A stretch of DNA of 61,881 bases, from positions 1 to 61,881 of the forward strand of contig CAVVUN010000005.1 of the NCBI GenBank assembly GCA_963751455.1. The letters are read 5' to 3'. The notes under the pieces were generated by a model, which saw only the letters and a program-made list of their open reading frames with translations, did not search any database and had not been told where the DNA came from. This document shows, piece after piece, positions 1 through 10,530 of the stretch. The stretch comes from Nitrospirota bacterium. Lineage in GTDB: Bacteria; Nitrospirota; UBA9217. The stretch's first letter is position 1. The number at the start of each line of letters is the position of its first letter. A program made the position numbers and the translations under genes.

Positions 1-204
1 TGCAGGCAGATAATAAATTCTTATTTTCTTGATTTCATCCGTGTTAATAAGCCTGTGGCCGGCGTTAATGAGTGCCAGGCGCGAATGCAGGCTATGTCCA
101 TCCGTGGCAAACAGATTTTTAGATTTTTCTTGCCATTTTGGGAAGAATTTCATTCTTCAGCAACTAAAAGCGGCTCACTCCCGATATGCCGTAAATGAGC
201 TTTT

Positions 205-1218
205 TCAGACCCCCTTAAAAACGTTGTTCATGGCCCGTTCTTTGTTCTCGATTACCTTCTCAGGTATTATGGTCTCTGTTGATTTCCGGTAATTATCAAT
301 TATAAAAATCGGCCTGTTTTTGACTTCATCGTAGATCCTTGACAAATACATGCCTAATATCCCCATACTGACCATAATGATGCTGGACAACATCAGGGTA
401 ATAAGGATCACGGTCGTGAACCCGCTTACCGCCAGTCCCTGAATTTTGTTATATAAGGTTTGCAAGCCAAGAATAACTGAAAACAAAAACGTAAATAATC
501 CCAGGAACGTAACGAGGTGTAACGGTTTGGAGGTATATGCTGTAATAGCATCAAAAGAAAGCCTCGCGAGCTGGATCAGACCCCATTTTGATTTCCCTGC
601 TTTTCGATCTTCCACTTTAAATTCAATTTTGCGATGCTGCAACCCGATCCAATTTGTCAGTCCCCTGAAAAATCGGTTTTTTTCGTTCAACGTTTTTAAC
701 AGCTCGATAGCTTTTCTGTCTATGAGCTTATAATCGGATGAGCCCGAAAAATCCATGTTGGTCAGGTTGTTCATCAATTTGTAGAAACCGAGACTGAGAT
801 ATTTGACCAGGAAGTTTTCTTTTTGTCGTTGCACCTTTACTGCATCTACTATATTTGCACCGTTCTCCCATTCAAAGATCAAGCTCGGGATCAGGTGCGG
901 AGGATGCTGCAGATCGCTGTCAATAATAATTGCAGCGTCGGCATCGCATAATTCAATGCCGGCTCTCAAGGCCGATTCTTTTCCGAAGTTTCGTGACAGC
1001 TTGATGATATTAATGTTATTTCTCTTTTTAGCGCACTCCGCTATTTTATGATGTGTATCATCGGTACTGCCGTCATCAATAAATGTAAATTCATAGTTGT
1101 AATTCAGGTTTTTTACATACCTGTCGATATCATCTATAATGAGGTTTATGTTTTCTGCTTCATTGCAGCACGGTATGATTATGTCAATTTTCTTTTTCAT
1201 TTTTGAGATCCTGCTCAC
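205..1218 (-). CDS. GT2 glycosyltransferase (GtrB/ArnC/DPM1-like, two C-terminal TM helices)
   Basis: IIIPCCNE, DDGSTD, SRNFGKESA, DSDLQHPP motifs and the C-terminal 'IYDEVKNRPIFII'. True start is probably the ATG at 1200. Confidence 0.9.
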   Translation of the reverse strand: MSRISKMKKKIDIIIPCCNEAENINLIIDDIDRYVKNLNYNYEFTFIDDGSTDDTHHKIAECAKKRNNINIIKLSRNFGKESALRAGIELCDADAAIIIDSDLQHPPHLIPSLIFEWENGANIVDAVKVQRQKENFLVKYLSLGFYKLMNNLTNMDFSGSSDYKLIDRKAIELLKTLNEKNRFFRGLTNWIGLQHRKIEFKVEDRKAGKSKWGLIQLARLSFDAITAYTSKPLHLVTFLGLFTFLFSVILGLQTLYNKIQGLAVSGFTTVILITLMLSSIIMVSMGILGMYLSRIYDEVKNRPIFIIDNYRKSTETIIPEKVIENKERAMNNVFKGV

Positions 1219-1415
1219 GTTTAATCAATTGTCATTGCTCTCCAAATAATCCAAGAGCCCTTCAAGAAATAAAGCGCGCGGCGAGCCATCCACAGACATC
1301 AAGAACCATGGGGGCTTGTGGGTAACTGCTGAAATCCCCTTCATTATCCGGCGCGCCTCGAACAAAGCGAAGTAACTGCCCGGAGTAGTCACCCTTACAA
1401 AATGAATTGCACTGA

Positions 1416-2564
1416 TCAGGCAAGCCCCAGGAACCGGGCTATTATGTTTCTCTGGATCTCCGAAGTCCCGGAATAAAGTGTACTTCCGATGGAATCCCGC
1501 AAATCGCGTTCAACTTCGTATTCCGTCGTATAACCATACCCTCCATGAATTTGAACAGCGTCGAGACAGGATTTTATCCAGGACTCGCTCACGTATAATT
1601 TTGCAATTGCTGCTTCCATAGCGGCTTTACCGCGGGCTTGTTTCATCGAGGCGACTTTGTACAAAATAAGCCTTGCTGTCTCCATTCGGACCTTCATATC
1701 GACAATCTTATTGGCAATGGACTGGTACTTCCCGATGGGCTTGCCGAATTGTTTCCTTTCCCTGGAATATTTTATACATTGCTCCAGTTGCCTCTCCATC
1801 CCGCCCAATAAACCGGCCAGAATGCAGCTCCTTTCCCATTCTACGGTATCCTCGAAGATGGCCGCTCCGTTACCCTCCTTGCCAAGCCGATTTTCTACAG
1901 GCACTTTGCAGTCTTCAACAATCAACTCGGCCATGGGAGCGGTTCTCAACCCCATTTTTCCGATCTTCCTGCCCACCCTGAAGCCTGGAAAATCTCTTTC
2001 CACAATGAAGGCGGTAACGCCCATAAAACCCTTGCGTTTATCTATAGTAGCAAAGATCATGAAGACATCCGCTGCCGGCGCCATCGTGCAAAATGTTTTA
2101 GTGCCGTTCAGTATATAATAGTCGCCTTCCAGTCTTGCTGAAGTCCTGAGACTGAAAGCATCGGAACCCGAGTCCGGTTCCGTCACGCCATTCGCTCCGA
2201 TCAACTCACCGCTGCAAAGCCTGGGCAAATATCTTTCTTTTTGCGCGTCAGTGCCGAACCTCAGAATAGGCATTTGCACAGTCCACATCTGGCCGTTGAT
2301 TGCGAAAATCAAGCCGCTGTCTTTACACCCGTATCCCAATCCCTCCATGAGCAGCATAGTACTGACTATATCAGTGTTGAGTCCTCCGTATTGTTCCGGA
2401 AACGCAGAACCCTGTATGCCGAAATCAGCGCATTTTTTCCAGAGCTCACGGGAGAAGACGGCGTCTCTGTCCCTTTCAATGACCTCATCGTTGAGCGTTC
2501 TTTGAGCAAAGCGGATAGCGCTTTTTTTGAACTCTATTTGTTCCTTATTAAATTCGAAATTCAC
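1416..2564 (-). CDS. Acyl-CoA/acyl-ACP dehydrogenase
   Basis: TEPDSGSD, LNGTKTF, RKQFGKPIG, QIHGGYGY and GTSEIQR motifs. Confidence 0.93.
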   Translation of the reverse strand: MNFEFNKEQIEFKKSAIRFAQRTLNDEVIERDRDAVFSRELWKKCADFGIQGSAFPEQYGGLNTDIVSTMLLMEGLGYGCKDSGLIFAINGQMWTVQMPILRFGTDAQKERYLPRLCSGELIGANGVTEPDSGSDAFSLRTSARLEGDYYILNGTKTFCTMAPAADVFMIFATIDKRKGFMGVTAFIVERDFPGFRVGRKIGKMGLRTAPMAELIVEDCKVPVENRLGKEGNGAAIFEDTVEWERSCILAGLLGGMERQLEQCIKYSRERKQFGKPIGKYQSIANKIVDMKVRMETARLILYKVASMKQARGKAAMEAAIAKLYVSESWIKSCLDAVQIHGGYGYTTEYEVERDLRDSIGSTLYSGTSEIQRNIIARFLGLA

Positions 2565-2586
2565 AATATGATCTCCTTCTGCACTC

Positions 2587-2910
2587 CTATTGCGGGGGCA
2601 TCACTGGCAAGATCTCAACAAGATGCCGGCCGGAGTCCGGGAGCGCAACCTTCTCTTTCCGCATCTTCTGTTCGACAAACTTGACTATGCTGTTAATAGT
2701 TTGAAAGTTCTCAGGGACCACGTCCTCGTCTGCCACCTGTATGCCGTGGGCTTTCTCCAGAAAAACCACCAGCTTCAGAATCCCCAGGGAATCAATAATT
2801 CTTTGCTCAAGAAGATCTTCTTCGGGACTTAGTGATTGCTTGCCAAGATCAGCGGCAATTTCGGAAAGCAAAAACCTTTCAATACTTTTTAGATTCGTCA
2901 TTATCGGCAC
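2587..2910 (-). CDS. Acyl carrier protein
   Basis: 'IIDSLG' phosphopantetheine site, 'PENFQTINSI' C-terminal ACP pattern, and a GAGGAGG RBS upstream. Confidence 0.85.
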   Translation of the reverse strand: MPIMTNLKSIERFLLSEIAADLGKQSLSPEEDLLEQRIIDSLGILKLVVFLEKAHGIQVADEDVVPENFQTINSIVKFVEQKMRKEKVALPDSGRHLVEILPVMPPQ

Positions 2911-2944
2911 GCCTCCTCACAGTTGGGTTTAAACTTCTTTGCCT

Positions 2945-3676
2945 CTATTTCGGCCCGTTGCCCCCGGGCGAAGAATTACGCGCTCTTACAGGCCACGTCA
3001 GCCAGGTCCTCAACTGATCACTTCGTCTTGGATGTAGATCCGCCGGGGGATTAATATACACTCCTCGCTCCTGAGTATCTCTGGTTATCGATATGCCGCT
3101 GCCGACAAGGCACTCTCTGGCGACCTTGACCTCCTCTTTCACTGTCGCGTTCGCCCCGATGAAGCAGTATTCTCCCAGCGTGACTCCTCCCAGGATAATA
3201 GCGCCGGGAGCAACGAAGCAGTGGTCCTTTATCACCGCATGGTGTGAAATTATCGCGCCATCTGTGACCATTACATTATTACCAATCTGAACAAATGGGC
3301 CAATAAAGGTGTTATTCAATATGATGCAATTGTCGCCTGTAACCAGGCCCGGGAACGACGTCGCCTTGGAACTAATGTAATTAATCAGCTGATACCCCTT
3401 GGTTTTCGCCTGAAAATACTTCTCTTCTCTCAATTTATTGACCTTTTGAAAACTGATTGGGATGGACATTTTGTACTCTGAGGGAGGAAACAGGGATTCA
3501 ACGGTTTCGAAAGGAACAACAGGCAGCCCGAACAAGGTATCTCCCGCTATATATTTCTCGTCTACGGTAAAAGCCGCTACTTCATACGGAGAATCATGTG
3601 TCAGCAGAAAGTAAATCGTTTCAGCAAATAGACTGTTTCCAAAGAGAATGATTTTTTCCATTTTTGGTTTCCTCAC
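2945..3676 (-). CDS. Sugar O/N-acyltransferase, NeuD/PglD-like hexapeptide family
   Basis: N-terminal Rossmann-like 'IILFGNS' followed by left-handed beta-helix hexapeptide repeats. Confidence 0.85.
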   Translation of the reverse strand: MRKPKMEKIILFGNSLFAETIYFLLTHDSPYEVAAFTVDEKYIAGDTLFGLPVVPFETVESLFPPSEYKMSIPISFQKVNKLREEKYFQAKTKGYQLINYISSKATSFPGLVTGDNCIILNNTFIGPFVQIGNNVMVTDGAIISHHAVIKDHCFVAPGAIILGGVTLGEYCFIGANATVKEEVKVARECLVGSGISITRDTQERGVYINPPADLHPRRSDQLRTWLTWPVRARNSSPGGNGPK

Positions 3677-3863
3677 AAGACAGATTTATCTGAAAACGGC
3701 AGTTGAACGCAGATAACCGCAGATCAAACAAAAGAATTTTTAGAGAACAAAGTTCACCCGCAGGGTGACTGCTTTTACGATACAAGAACGTTTTATTTAT
3801 CCGTCCTTATCTGCGTTTATCCGATTTTTCTGCGTCCCAAATGCTTTTTTTAGGATTATGATC

Positions 3864-5045
3864 CTAACTTATTTTTACCATTTCTCTCGGCTTGACAATG
3901 ACATGCATCTTGCTCTTCATTCCCTGCTGCAGAGAGAGAATGATCTCGCAGATGATCTGGACATCGGGAAGCCCCAGGCCATCGTAAATCGGCAGTGTCA
4001 ATATGCGATCGGCCGTTTGACGCGCAACGCTCAAGGAGCCATTCACTGAAATGCTGCGATAACACGAGTAATCGCATATCAACGGATAGAAATAGCGGCG
4101 AGTGTGTACATTCCATTCCTTCAGCTTTTCATACAGCGCATCACGGTCCATTCCAAATTCTTTTTCATCAACCTCGATAGGCATATATGCGTAGTTGTAC
4201 TGTATGTCAGGAGACAGGACCGGAGCGAAGCGAATGCCGGGGATATCTTTGAGTCTGTTTCGATACAGGTTGGTGATCCGTTCGCGCTTTTGTATTGTTT
4301 CCTCGAGGTATTTCAGAACTTGAATTCCCATCAAGGCCTGCATTTCATTCATTTTAGCATTGGTGCCCGGCATGACCACTTCGACTTCGTTTTTGAATCC
4401 GAAGTTTTTCAAATAGTCAAACAGGCCTTTCAGTCCTGCTTCCCGGAAGATGACCATTCCTCCCTCTATGGAATGAAACAATTTAGTGGAATGAAAGCTG
4501 AACATGCTCAGGTCTCCAAAGCGGGCAATCGGCTTATTGCCGACTTTTACGCCAAAGGCGTGAGCTGCATCATAAATGAGTCTCAAATTGCGCCGTTGTG
4601 CAATGTCGGCCAGCGCATCGAGCTTGCAGGGATGGCCGTACACATGAACCGCCAGGATGGCTGTTGTCCAAGGGGTAATCGCCGCTTCGACCTTTTCAGG
4701 ATCAATGGTATAATAGTCAGGTTCAATGTCCACGAAGACCGGCCTGATCTTGTTCCAGAACAAGGCATGGGTCGTCGCCACAAAGGTAAACGGAGTGGTA
4801 ATAACCTCTCCTGAGATTCCCATACCCTGCAAGGCTATCTGAAGAGCCAGGGTCCCATTATTAAAAAGACAGATATTGTCCGTTTCCAGCAAGGTAGACA
4901 GTTCTTGAGTAAAACGCTGAAGAACAGGTCCATTGTTTGTTAACCACCGGGTCTCCCAGATTTCTTCAAGTCCCCGGCAAAACTCCTCCAGCGGCGGTAA
5001 AAAAGGCCTGGTAACATAAATAGGTTTTTCAAACGGTTTTATCAT
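3864..5045 (-). CDS. DegT/DnrJ/EryC1/StrS sugar aminotransferase (VioA-like)
   Basis: WLTNNGP, TTPFTFVAT, YDAAHAFG, SFHSTK (PLP lysine) and GTNAKMNE motifs. Confidence 0.93.
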   Translation of the reverse strand: MIKPFEKPIYVTRPFLPPLEEFCRGLEEIWETRWLTNNGPVLQRFTQELSTLLETDNICLFNNGTLALQIALQGMGISGEVITTPFTFVATTHALFWNKIRPVFVDIEPDYYTIDPEKVEAAITPWTTAILAVHVYGHPCKLDALADIAQRRNLRLIYDAAHAFGVKVGNKPIARFGDLSMFSFHSTKLFHSIEGGMVIFREAGLKGLFDYLKNFGFKNEVEVVMPGTNAKMNEMQALMGIQVLKYLEETIQKRERITNLYRNRLKDIPGIRFAPVLSPDIQYNYAYMPIEVDEKEFGMDRDALYEKLKEWNVHTRRYFYPLICDYSCYRSISVNGSLSVARQTADRILTLPIYDGLGLPDVQIICEIILSLQQGMKSKMHVIVKPREMVKIS

Positions 5046-5336
5046 AAACCACCCACACAGTACATTGTTCCGCCTGTCGCAATCATGATTTTATAGCGGA
5101 GGGGTCAATGGAAAACTATTCCGTGATCGCAAAGAGGAAAGAAAAAATAACCTCAAAGATTAAATTTTACTCTGCGATCCTCTCTCTCCGGTTAATGAAG
5201 TTCTCTGCGGCAAAATGCTTTTTCTAAGACTCATAATCCCACGCGGCTGCCAGGCCGGTGAAGCGCGGACGGCACCTGCGTGCCGGCCTCGGTTCACCTT
5301 TGAAGACCGGTTCAGACTTGATCTCCTGCCCTCTGC

Positions 5337-5957
5337 TTAAGCAGAGAGCTTCCATTTTTTGCTCAACATTGCTGCTTGGAGTTTCAGAACGAGTTTGTAC
5401 TGGGCGCGCGCCTTGCGGGCGAACCCCGTTTCAGCATAGAGCTCTGCGGCCCGCATGTATTCCGAGATTGCCGACCATTCCCGGTTCAGCTTCCGGTGCG
5501 CATCACCGATTCTCACACGGAGGATCGGGTCCGGGTCGATCTTGAACAATCGTTCCATTTCTCCGATCGCCGCTTTCCAATCCTGCGCTTCGATGCAGTT
5601 CTGAACGCGTTCGCTGAGAATACTTCTTTCCGATCTTCTGCTGTCGAGTCTCAAAGCCACCCTGTACTGAGCGAGCGACTGAGCCATAAGCCCTTTTTCC
5701 GCATACAGGTCCGCAGTCCGCATATGTTCCCTGATTGCCGATTCTTTCCGATTCGGCTTCGGGTATGCGCGGATAATCGGGTTCGGGTCGATATCGAAAA
5801 ACTTTTCCATCTCTCCGATCGCCGCTTTCCAATCCTCTTGTGCAATCAAATTCTGTACTCGTTCGACCAAGACAGCGTTTTCCGACAGAAACCCCGTTCT
5901 CCCCTCACGCATGATGCGTTCTTCCTGGGAATTTATGATGGTAAGGCTCTCGTTCAT
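5337..5957 (-). CDS. Helical/TPR-like hypothetical protein made of two tandem ~84-aa copies
   Basis: Repeated 'ERVQN.I...DWKAAIGEME..F.IDP.PI.R' and 'SAI.E.MR.A.LYAE.G...AQY'. Start at the ATG at 5957 is inferred. Confidence 0.55.
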   Translation of the reverse strand: MNESLTIINSQEERIMREGRTGFLSENAVLVERVQNLIAQEDWKAAIGEMEKFFDIDPNPIIRAYPKPNRKESAIREHMRTADLYAEKGLMAQSLAQYRVALRLDSRRSERSILSERVQNCIEAQDWKAAIGEMERLFKIDPDPILRVRIGDAHRKLNREWSAISEYMRAAELYAETGFARKARAQYKLVLKLQAAMLSKKWKLSA

Positions 5958-6033
5958 AATTCTGATATCCTTTGCTTTTAAGGGGAAAGCAAGGCCCCCT
6001 GCTTTCCGCCCGATGAATCGCCTGCCCGGCGAT

Positions 6034-6556
6034 TTATGGTTCCGCTTCCAGTCGAGGAGAGACTGGAACGGCATCCGGTTCAGCTTCGATTTTCCGGACG
6101 ATTCGCGCAGGCACTCCCGCCACGACTGTGTTCGGGGGCACATCCTTCGTGACGACGCTGCCCGATCCTATGATGGCATTTTCTCCGACGGTAATGTTGC
6201 ACAGGATCGTCGCTCCGGATCCGATCGAAGCGCCTTTTTTGATGAGGGTGGGAACAACATGCCAGTCTTTCTTCGCTCTGTAATCCGCCGTTCCCGTTCG
6301 TCGCCCGGGGATATTTGTCGTTGATAAAGATGACGCCGTGTCCCACGAACACGCTGTCTTCGATCGTCACACCCTCGCAGATGAACGTGTGGCTCTGTAT
6401 CTTGCAGTTTCGGCCGATAGAAGCGTTCTTCTGCACCTCGACGAAAGCGCCAATTTTAGTGTTATCGCCGATGCTGCACCCGTAGAGATTGACAAACTCC
6501 GAGATTATTATGTTTTGTCCGAGTCTCACGTCAGGAGCTATCGAGTAATATTTCAT
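6034..6556 (-). CDS. Hexapeptide N-acetyltransferase (WbpD/WlbB-like), frameshifted in this sequence
   Basis: MKYYSIAPDVRLG...FINDKYPRATN continues in another frame as DWHVVPTLIKKGASIGSGATIL...VAGVPAR to a TAA at 6034. There is one extra base near 6268-6270. Confidence 0.82.
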
Positions 6557-7554
6557 ACCGGTATCTCCTGCCCGTTTTTTTTCAGCGATTGGCTGCATGC
6601 TTCAAGCAGTTTTACGACGCGGAAGCCGCTGGCGGCGTCGTTGACCGGTTTTTCGCTCCGGTTCAGGCAGGAAATAAAATACTCGGTTTCCATTTTCAGC
6701 GCCTCAACCTGTTCCACCCGGGGTGCATGCATGTCTCCCGACCGATAGCTTACTCTCAGGTTATATGCGCTTTCTTTCGTGCTCACCTCGACGCCCTTGT
6801 CGTATATCTTGATCTTCTCGTCCGCTTCAAGATCGTTCCATACGAGCATCTTCTTTTCCCCGCCGATAAGCGTAGTTCTCACCTTGACCGGCGAAAGCCA
6901 GTTGACGTTGAAATGCGCGATCATGTTGTTGCTGAATTGCACCGTAATATAGGCGGTATCCTCGAAGCCGTTCACATGCGCTTTTCCGCAGGCCGAAACC
7001 GCGGAGGGCTTTTCGGGAAGAAGGTAGTCCATGACCGCGAAATCATGTGGCGCCAGGTCCCAGATGACGTTCACATCCGACTGAAAAAGACCCAGGTTGA
7101 CCCTGACCGAATCATAGTAGTAGAGATCTCCGAGCGCCTTCTCAACGAGAAGCTGTTTCATTTTTCGGACTGCTCCGGTGAAGATGAAGGTGTGGTCGAC
7201 CATGATCGTAAGGTTGCGCTTTTCTGCTAGGTCGATCAGTTCCTCGGCCTGGGCCGTGTTTGCGGTGAACGGCTTTTCTATGAAAACATGCTTCCCGTTT
7301 TCAAGTGCCCTTTTAGCCAGCGGATAGTGCGTCGATACCGGCGTGATGACGGCCACAGCGTCGATTTTCGAAGACTCGAGGACCTCGCGGCAGTCAGTCG
7401 TCACGAGCGTATTGGGATACGCTTTTTTCGCGCGCTTCAGCAGCTCCTGATTCTGATCGCAGATCGAAACGACCTCCGCTCCATTTACGCTGCTGAAATT
7501 TCGCACAATATTCGGGCCCCAGTAGCCATAACCGATAATGCCCACGTTGATCAT
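6553..7554 (-). CDS. Gfo/Idh/MocA family NAD-dependent oxidoreductase (sugar-nucleotide)
   Basis: GIIGYGYWG, HVFIEKP and WDLAPHD motifs. Confidence 0.92.
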   Translation of the reverse strand: MINVGIIGYGYWGPNIVRNFSSVNGAEVVSICDQNQELLKRAKKAYPNTLVTTDCREVLESSKIDAVAVITPVSTHYPLAKRALENGKHVFIEKPFTANTAQAEELIDLAEKRNLTIMVDHTFIFTGAVRKMKQLLVEKALGDLYYYDSVRVNLGLFQSDVNVIWDLAPHDFAVMDYLLPEKPSAVSACGKAHVNGFEDTAYITVQFSNNMIAHFNVNWLSPVKVRTTLIGGEKKMLVWNDLEADEKIKIYDKGVEVSTKESAYNLRVSYRSGDMHAPRVEQVEALKMETEYFISCLNRSEKPVNDAASGFRVVKLLEACSQSLKKNGQEIPV

Positions 7555-7640
7555 AGGTACCTCCTAACACACGGCATAGCGCATGGAGCATGGCGCATGG
7601 AGTTTGATATCCTTTCGCTCTGCGCTTTGCTCTATGCTGA

Positions 7641-8828
7641 TTAATACGCTCCCTTGCCTGCTATAACCACCCATGGCGTCTTCAGCATAATCTTGATGTC
7701 CAGCCATATGGACCACTCTTTCGAATATTTGAGATCCAGCCGCACCATTTCGTCAAACGTTGTGGAACTTCTCCCTTCGACCTGCCACAGACCGGTAATG
7801 CCGGGTTTTACCTCCATGACACGCCGCCGGTGCCACAAGTCGTAATTATCGAACTCATACGGTATCGGAGGCCGGGGACCCACGAGGGACATCTCTCCCT
7901 TCAGCACATTCAAAAACTGCGGAAGTTCGTCGAAGCTCGTCTTTCGCAAGAACCTGCCGATTGGCGTGACCCTCGGATCGTCTTTGATTTTGAACACGCC
8001 GTTCGAGCCGTTACCCTCGTAGCTTTTCTGCTCGAGGATAAGTTTTTTTATGTAATCCTGATGGATCTGCGGGTTATTGTTTTCGTACATAGTCCTGAAT
8101 TTGAGAAAAACGAACCGTTCTCCGTATCGGCCGATCCTCTCCTGCCTGAACAGGACCGGCCCTTTTGACGAGGCCTTAATCAGCAGCGGCAGCACAATGA
8201 ACAGCGGCGAAAAGAGCATTATGCCCGCAGCGCCGCCTGCGATATCCATCGCGCGTTTCAGAAAAAAAGCGATTTGTCGTCTTTTTTCGACGTTCAGGGC
8301 TTCCGGGTAAAACAGGGCGTTTTCCTTGAAGCCCTCCGGATTGTCCCCCGGTCCTGCGTCGGGAAACGATCGAAAGATGAGTTTGAGGCTACGAGCGTCC
8401 TGAGCCCACGGCAATTGGGACAGGTTGGTAAAAAGCGTTGTCCGCACTCTGTCTTCAAGTTTCTCCCCGTACTCGGTAAAGACCGCGCCGAGGATGCTCT
8501 CGTTCTTGTACCATCCCTTGACATGGGCATCCTGTCTCAGGTCGTTAAGCGCGTTCGCGGCGTTTCTCAGGATCGCGCATCGCGCCCTCTGATGATTGAC
8601 CGTTCCGACGTCCAGAAGCATCAGCAGTATGTTCTTTCGCGAACGCTCCGATCGCTTTCTTTCAAAACAGAGGACTTCGTGAAAGGTCTCTTCCGTTAAG
8701 AAGTCACTGTCCCTGATGTAGAGATCAGCGGTCATGGCTTTGATATTTTTTTCGGTTTTCATGGACGAGGAACCAATGCGTTTGGTTCCGGTGCTCAGGT
8801 CGGATGCGCTGGTCATGATTTTTTTCAA
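7641..8828 (-). CDS. Priming sugar transferase (Bac_transf family)
   Basis: [50 protein letters not shown]. Start uncertain (ATGs at 8816, 8763 and 8735). Confidence 0.92.
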   Translation of the reverse strand: MKKIMTSASDLSTGTKRIGSSSMKTEKNIKAMTADLYIRDSDFLTEETFHEVLCFERKRSERSRKNILLMLLDVGTVNHQRARCAILRNAANALNDLRQDAHVKGWYKNESILGAVFTEYGEKLEDRVRTTLFTNLSQLPWAQDARSLKLIFRSFPDAGPGDNPEGFKENALFYPEALNVEKRRQIAFFLKRAMDIAGGAAGIMLFSPLFIVLPLLIKASSKGPVLFRQERIGRYGERFVFLKFRTMYENNNPQIHQDYIKKLILEQKSYEGNGSNGVFKIKDDPRVTPIGRFLRKTSFDELPQFLNVLKGEMSLVGPRPPIPYEFDNYDLWHRRRVMEVKPGITGLWQVEGRSSTTFDEMVRLDLKYSKEWSIWLDIKIMLKTPWVVIAGKGAY

Positions 8829-9118
8829 CTGTCGATGGAACGCTAGTTTCTATCGTGCCCGCCCGGCGTCTCAGGGATCGCGGCATCGACGGCGAAAATG
8901 ATGCGGTCGGAAGGCCCGTCCAGGCAGGAGCTTTTTGAGTCGGTCGGTATTGAATCAGGCTTTTTTTTGATAGAAAGCGGCTCGGGCGTTGCCCTTAATT
9001 CACTGGTTCTCCGGTGGAAACAGGGTCTGCACAATTTTTTTCTCCCCTCTGATTGCTGCAACACAGCGGATCGCTTTTCCGCTCCTTCATCACGTGGGCC
9101 CGGCAGGGCCGAAGGCCT

Positions 9119-10480
9119 TCAATCTCCGCTCCTCCGGAAGCGCGCCGTCACGGTGCAATCAGCAGTGATCGGACCGGTTCTGTAGGTGTACCCGAAGAAC
9201 GTGTCGCCTTCCAGCTTGCCGTGACAGCCTCTTACATCTTCAATCCTGTATTTTTCTGCTGCGGCGATCGAGAATGATGCCCTCTCGTTATAACCTACCT
9301 GTTGAATCTCAGGCTCAATAGAACCGTTCCCTTCAACAATTGTCGATATCGTAAAGGCAGTCTGTGCGAAGCTCGCGCTGATCGTATGGTCTGCCGTCAC
9401 ATTCTCGAATTTATAGCTTGCAACAGCGCCCACGAAAATGCCGTCCACAATGACCGTGGAAACTGAATACCCGGTATACGGTTTGATCGTGAAGGATTTA
9501 TCAGCACCTTGATTCACTATGACTGTTCCCGAGGGTGTTATGGTGCCGTTGCCATCCGTGACGCTCGCCGTAATAGTATAGGTCGTGACAGGATTGACCG
9601 CAAAAATTGCGGTTATCGCATGATCGGCCGTCACATTGCTGAAGGTATACGTCGTTACGGCGCCCGCGGAATGGCCGTCCACGACCACATCGGCAACGTG
9701 ATATCCGGATGCCGGGGCAATGGTGAATGACTGAGATGCGCCATCAGGCACTTTCACCGGACCGGAAGGGCTGATGCTGCCGTTCGCGCCAGCAGTCGCC
9801 GTGATAGTATAGGTAGTGGCGGGATTCACCGCGAAACTTGCGGAGATCGCGTGATCGGCCGTTACATTGCTGAAGGTATACGTCGTTACGGCGCCCGTGG
9901 AACGGCCGTCCACGACCACATCGGCAACTTGATATCCGGATGCCGGACTGATGGAGAATGATTGAGCTGCGCCATCAGGCACTTTCACCGGACCGGAAGG
10001 GCTGATACTGCCGTTCATGCCCGCTGTTGCGGTGATTGTGTAGTAAGACGTGGTTGTCGTGCCGGTCGTAAAGGGGCAGGCATACGGTCCTACCATGGCA
10101 TTCCCGGCAACATCCTTTATCCCGGAGCTGATAGTTAATCTATATTCAGTGTTCACGCTCAGGTTCTCATTCGGCGTAAATGCAGCGGTCATGCCGCTAT
10201 AGGTTACCGTGCCGTTCATGACGCTCGTTCCTGTGTTGTCGGTCACGATAAGGGAAATGGTCTGGTTGTTGATGGTCGATGCATCCATCTCTTCATTGAA
10301 TGTCACCGTGATGCTGACATTGACCGGCACATTCTGTTCGTTGTAAGAAGGGCTGGTCGAGCTTACCAGCGGCGGTGTCGTATCAGGCGGATCCTCCGGC
10401 CCTTTCCTGCCGCAGGCATGAAATGCGATTGCTCCGGCGAGAACGAGCACAATCAGTATGATCAGAATTTTGTTCTTCAT
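9119..10480 (-). CDS. Surface lipoprotein: Ig-like (Big_5/SbsA-type) domain plus ~4 InlB-B-like beta repeats
   Basis: Signal with lipobox-like 'FHAC', then 'DTTPP..STSP...VTFNEEMD..TIN...KDVAGN' and repeated 'YTITATAG.NGSISPSG...P.SGY.V.DVVVDG...TF.NVTADH.I.A.F'. Confidence 0.8.
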   Translation of the reverse strand: MKNKILIILIVLVLAGAIAFHACGRKGPEDPPDTTPPLVSSTSPSYNEQNVPVNVSITVTFNEEMDASTINNQTISLIVTDNTGTSVMNGTVTYSGMTAAFTPNENLSVNTEYRLTISSGIKDVAGNAMVGPYACPFTTGTTTTSYYTITATAGMNGSISPSGPVKVPDGAAQSFSISPASGYQVADVVVDGRSTGAVTTYTFSNVTADHAISASFAVNPATTYTITATAGANGSISPSGPVKVPDGASQSFTIAPASGYHVADVVVDGHSAGAVTTYTFSNVTADHAITAIFAVNPVTTYTITASVTDGNGTITPSGTVIVNQGADKSFTIKPYTGYSVSTVIVDGIFVGAVASYKFENVTADHTISASFAQTAFTISTIVEGNGSIEPEIQQVGYNERASFSIAAAEKYRIEDVRGCHGKLEGDTFFGYTYRTGPITADCTVTARFRRSGD

Positions 10481-10530
10481 ATGGCGACTTTTCGATCAAA
10501 GAATCATCGACACACGGGTCTTCCTGATTT

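Noticed and set aside
1-153. Partial minus-strand ORF MKFFPKWQ...
   Set aside because: Most of it is the dispersed repeat also seen at 38037; coding status cannot be supported.
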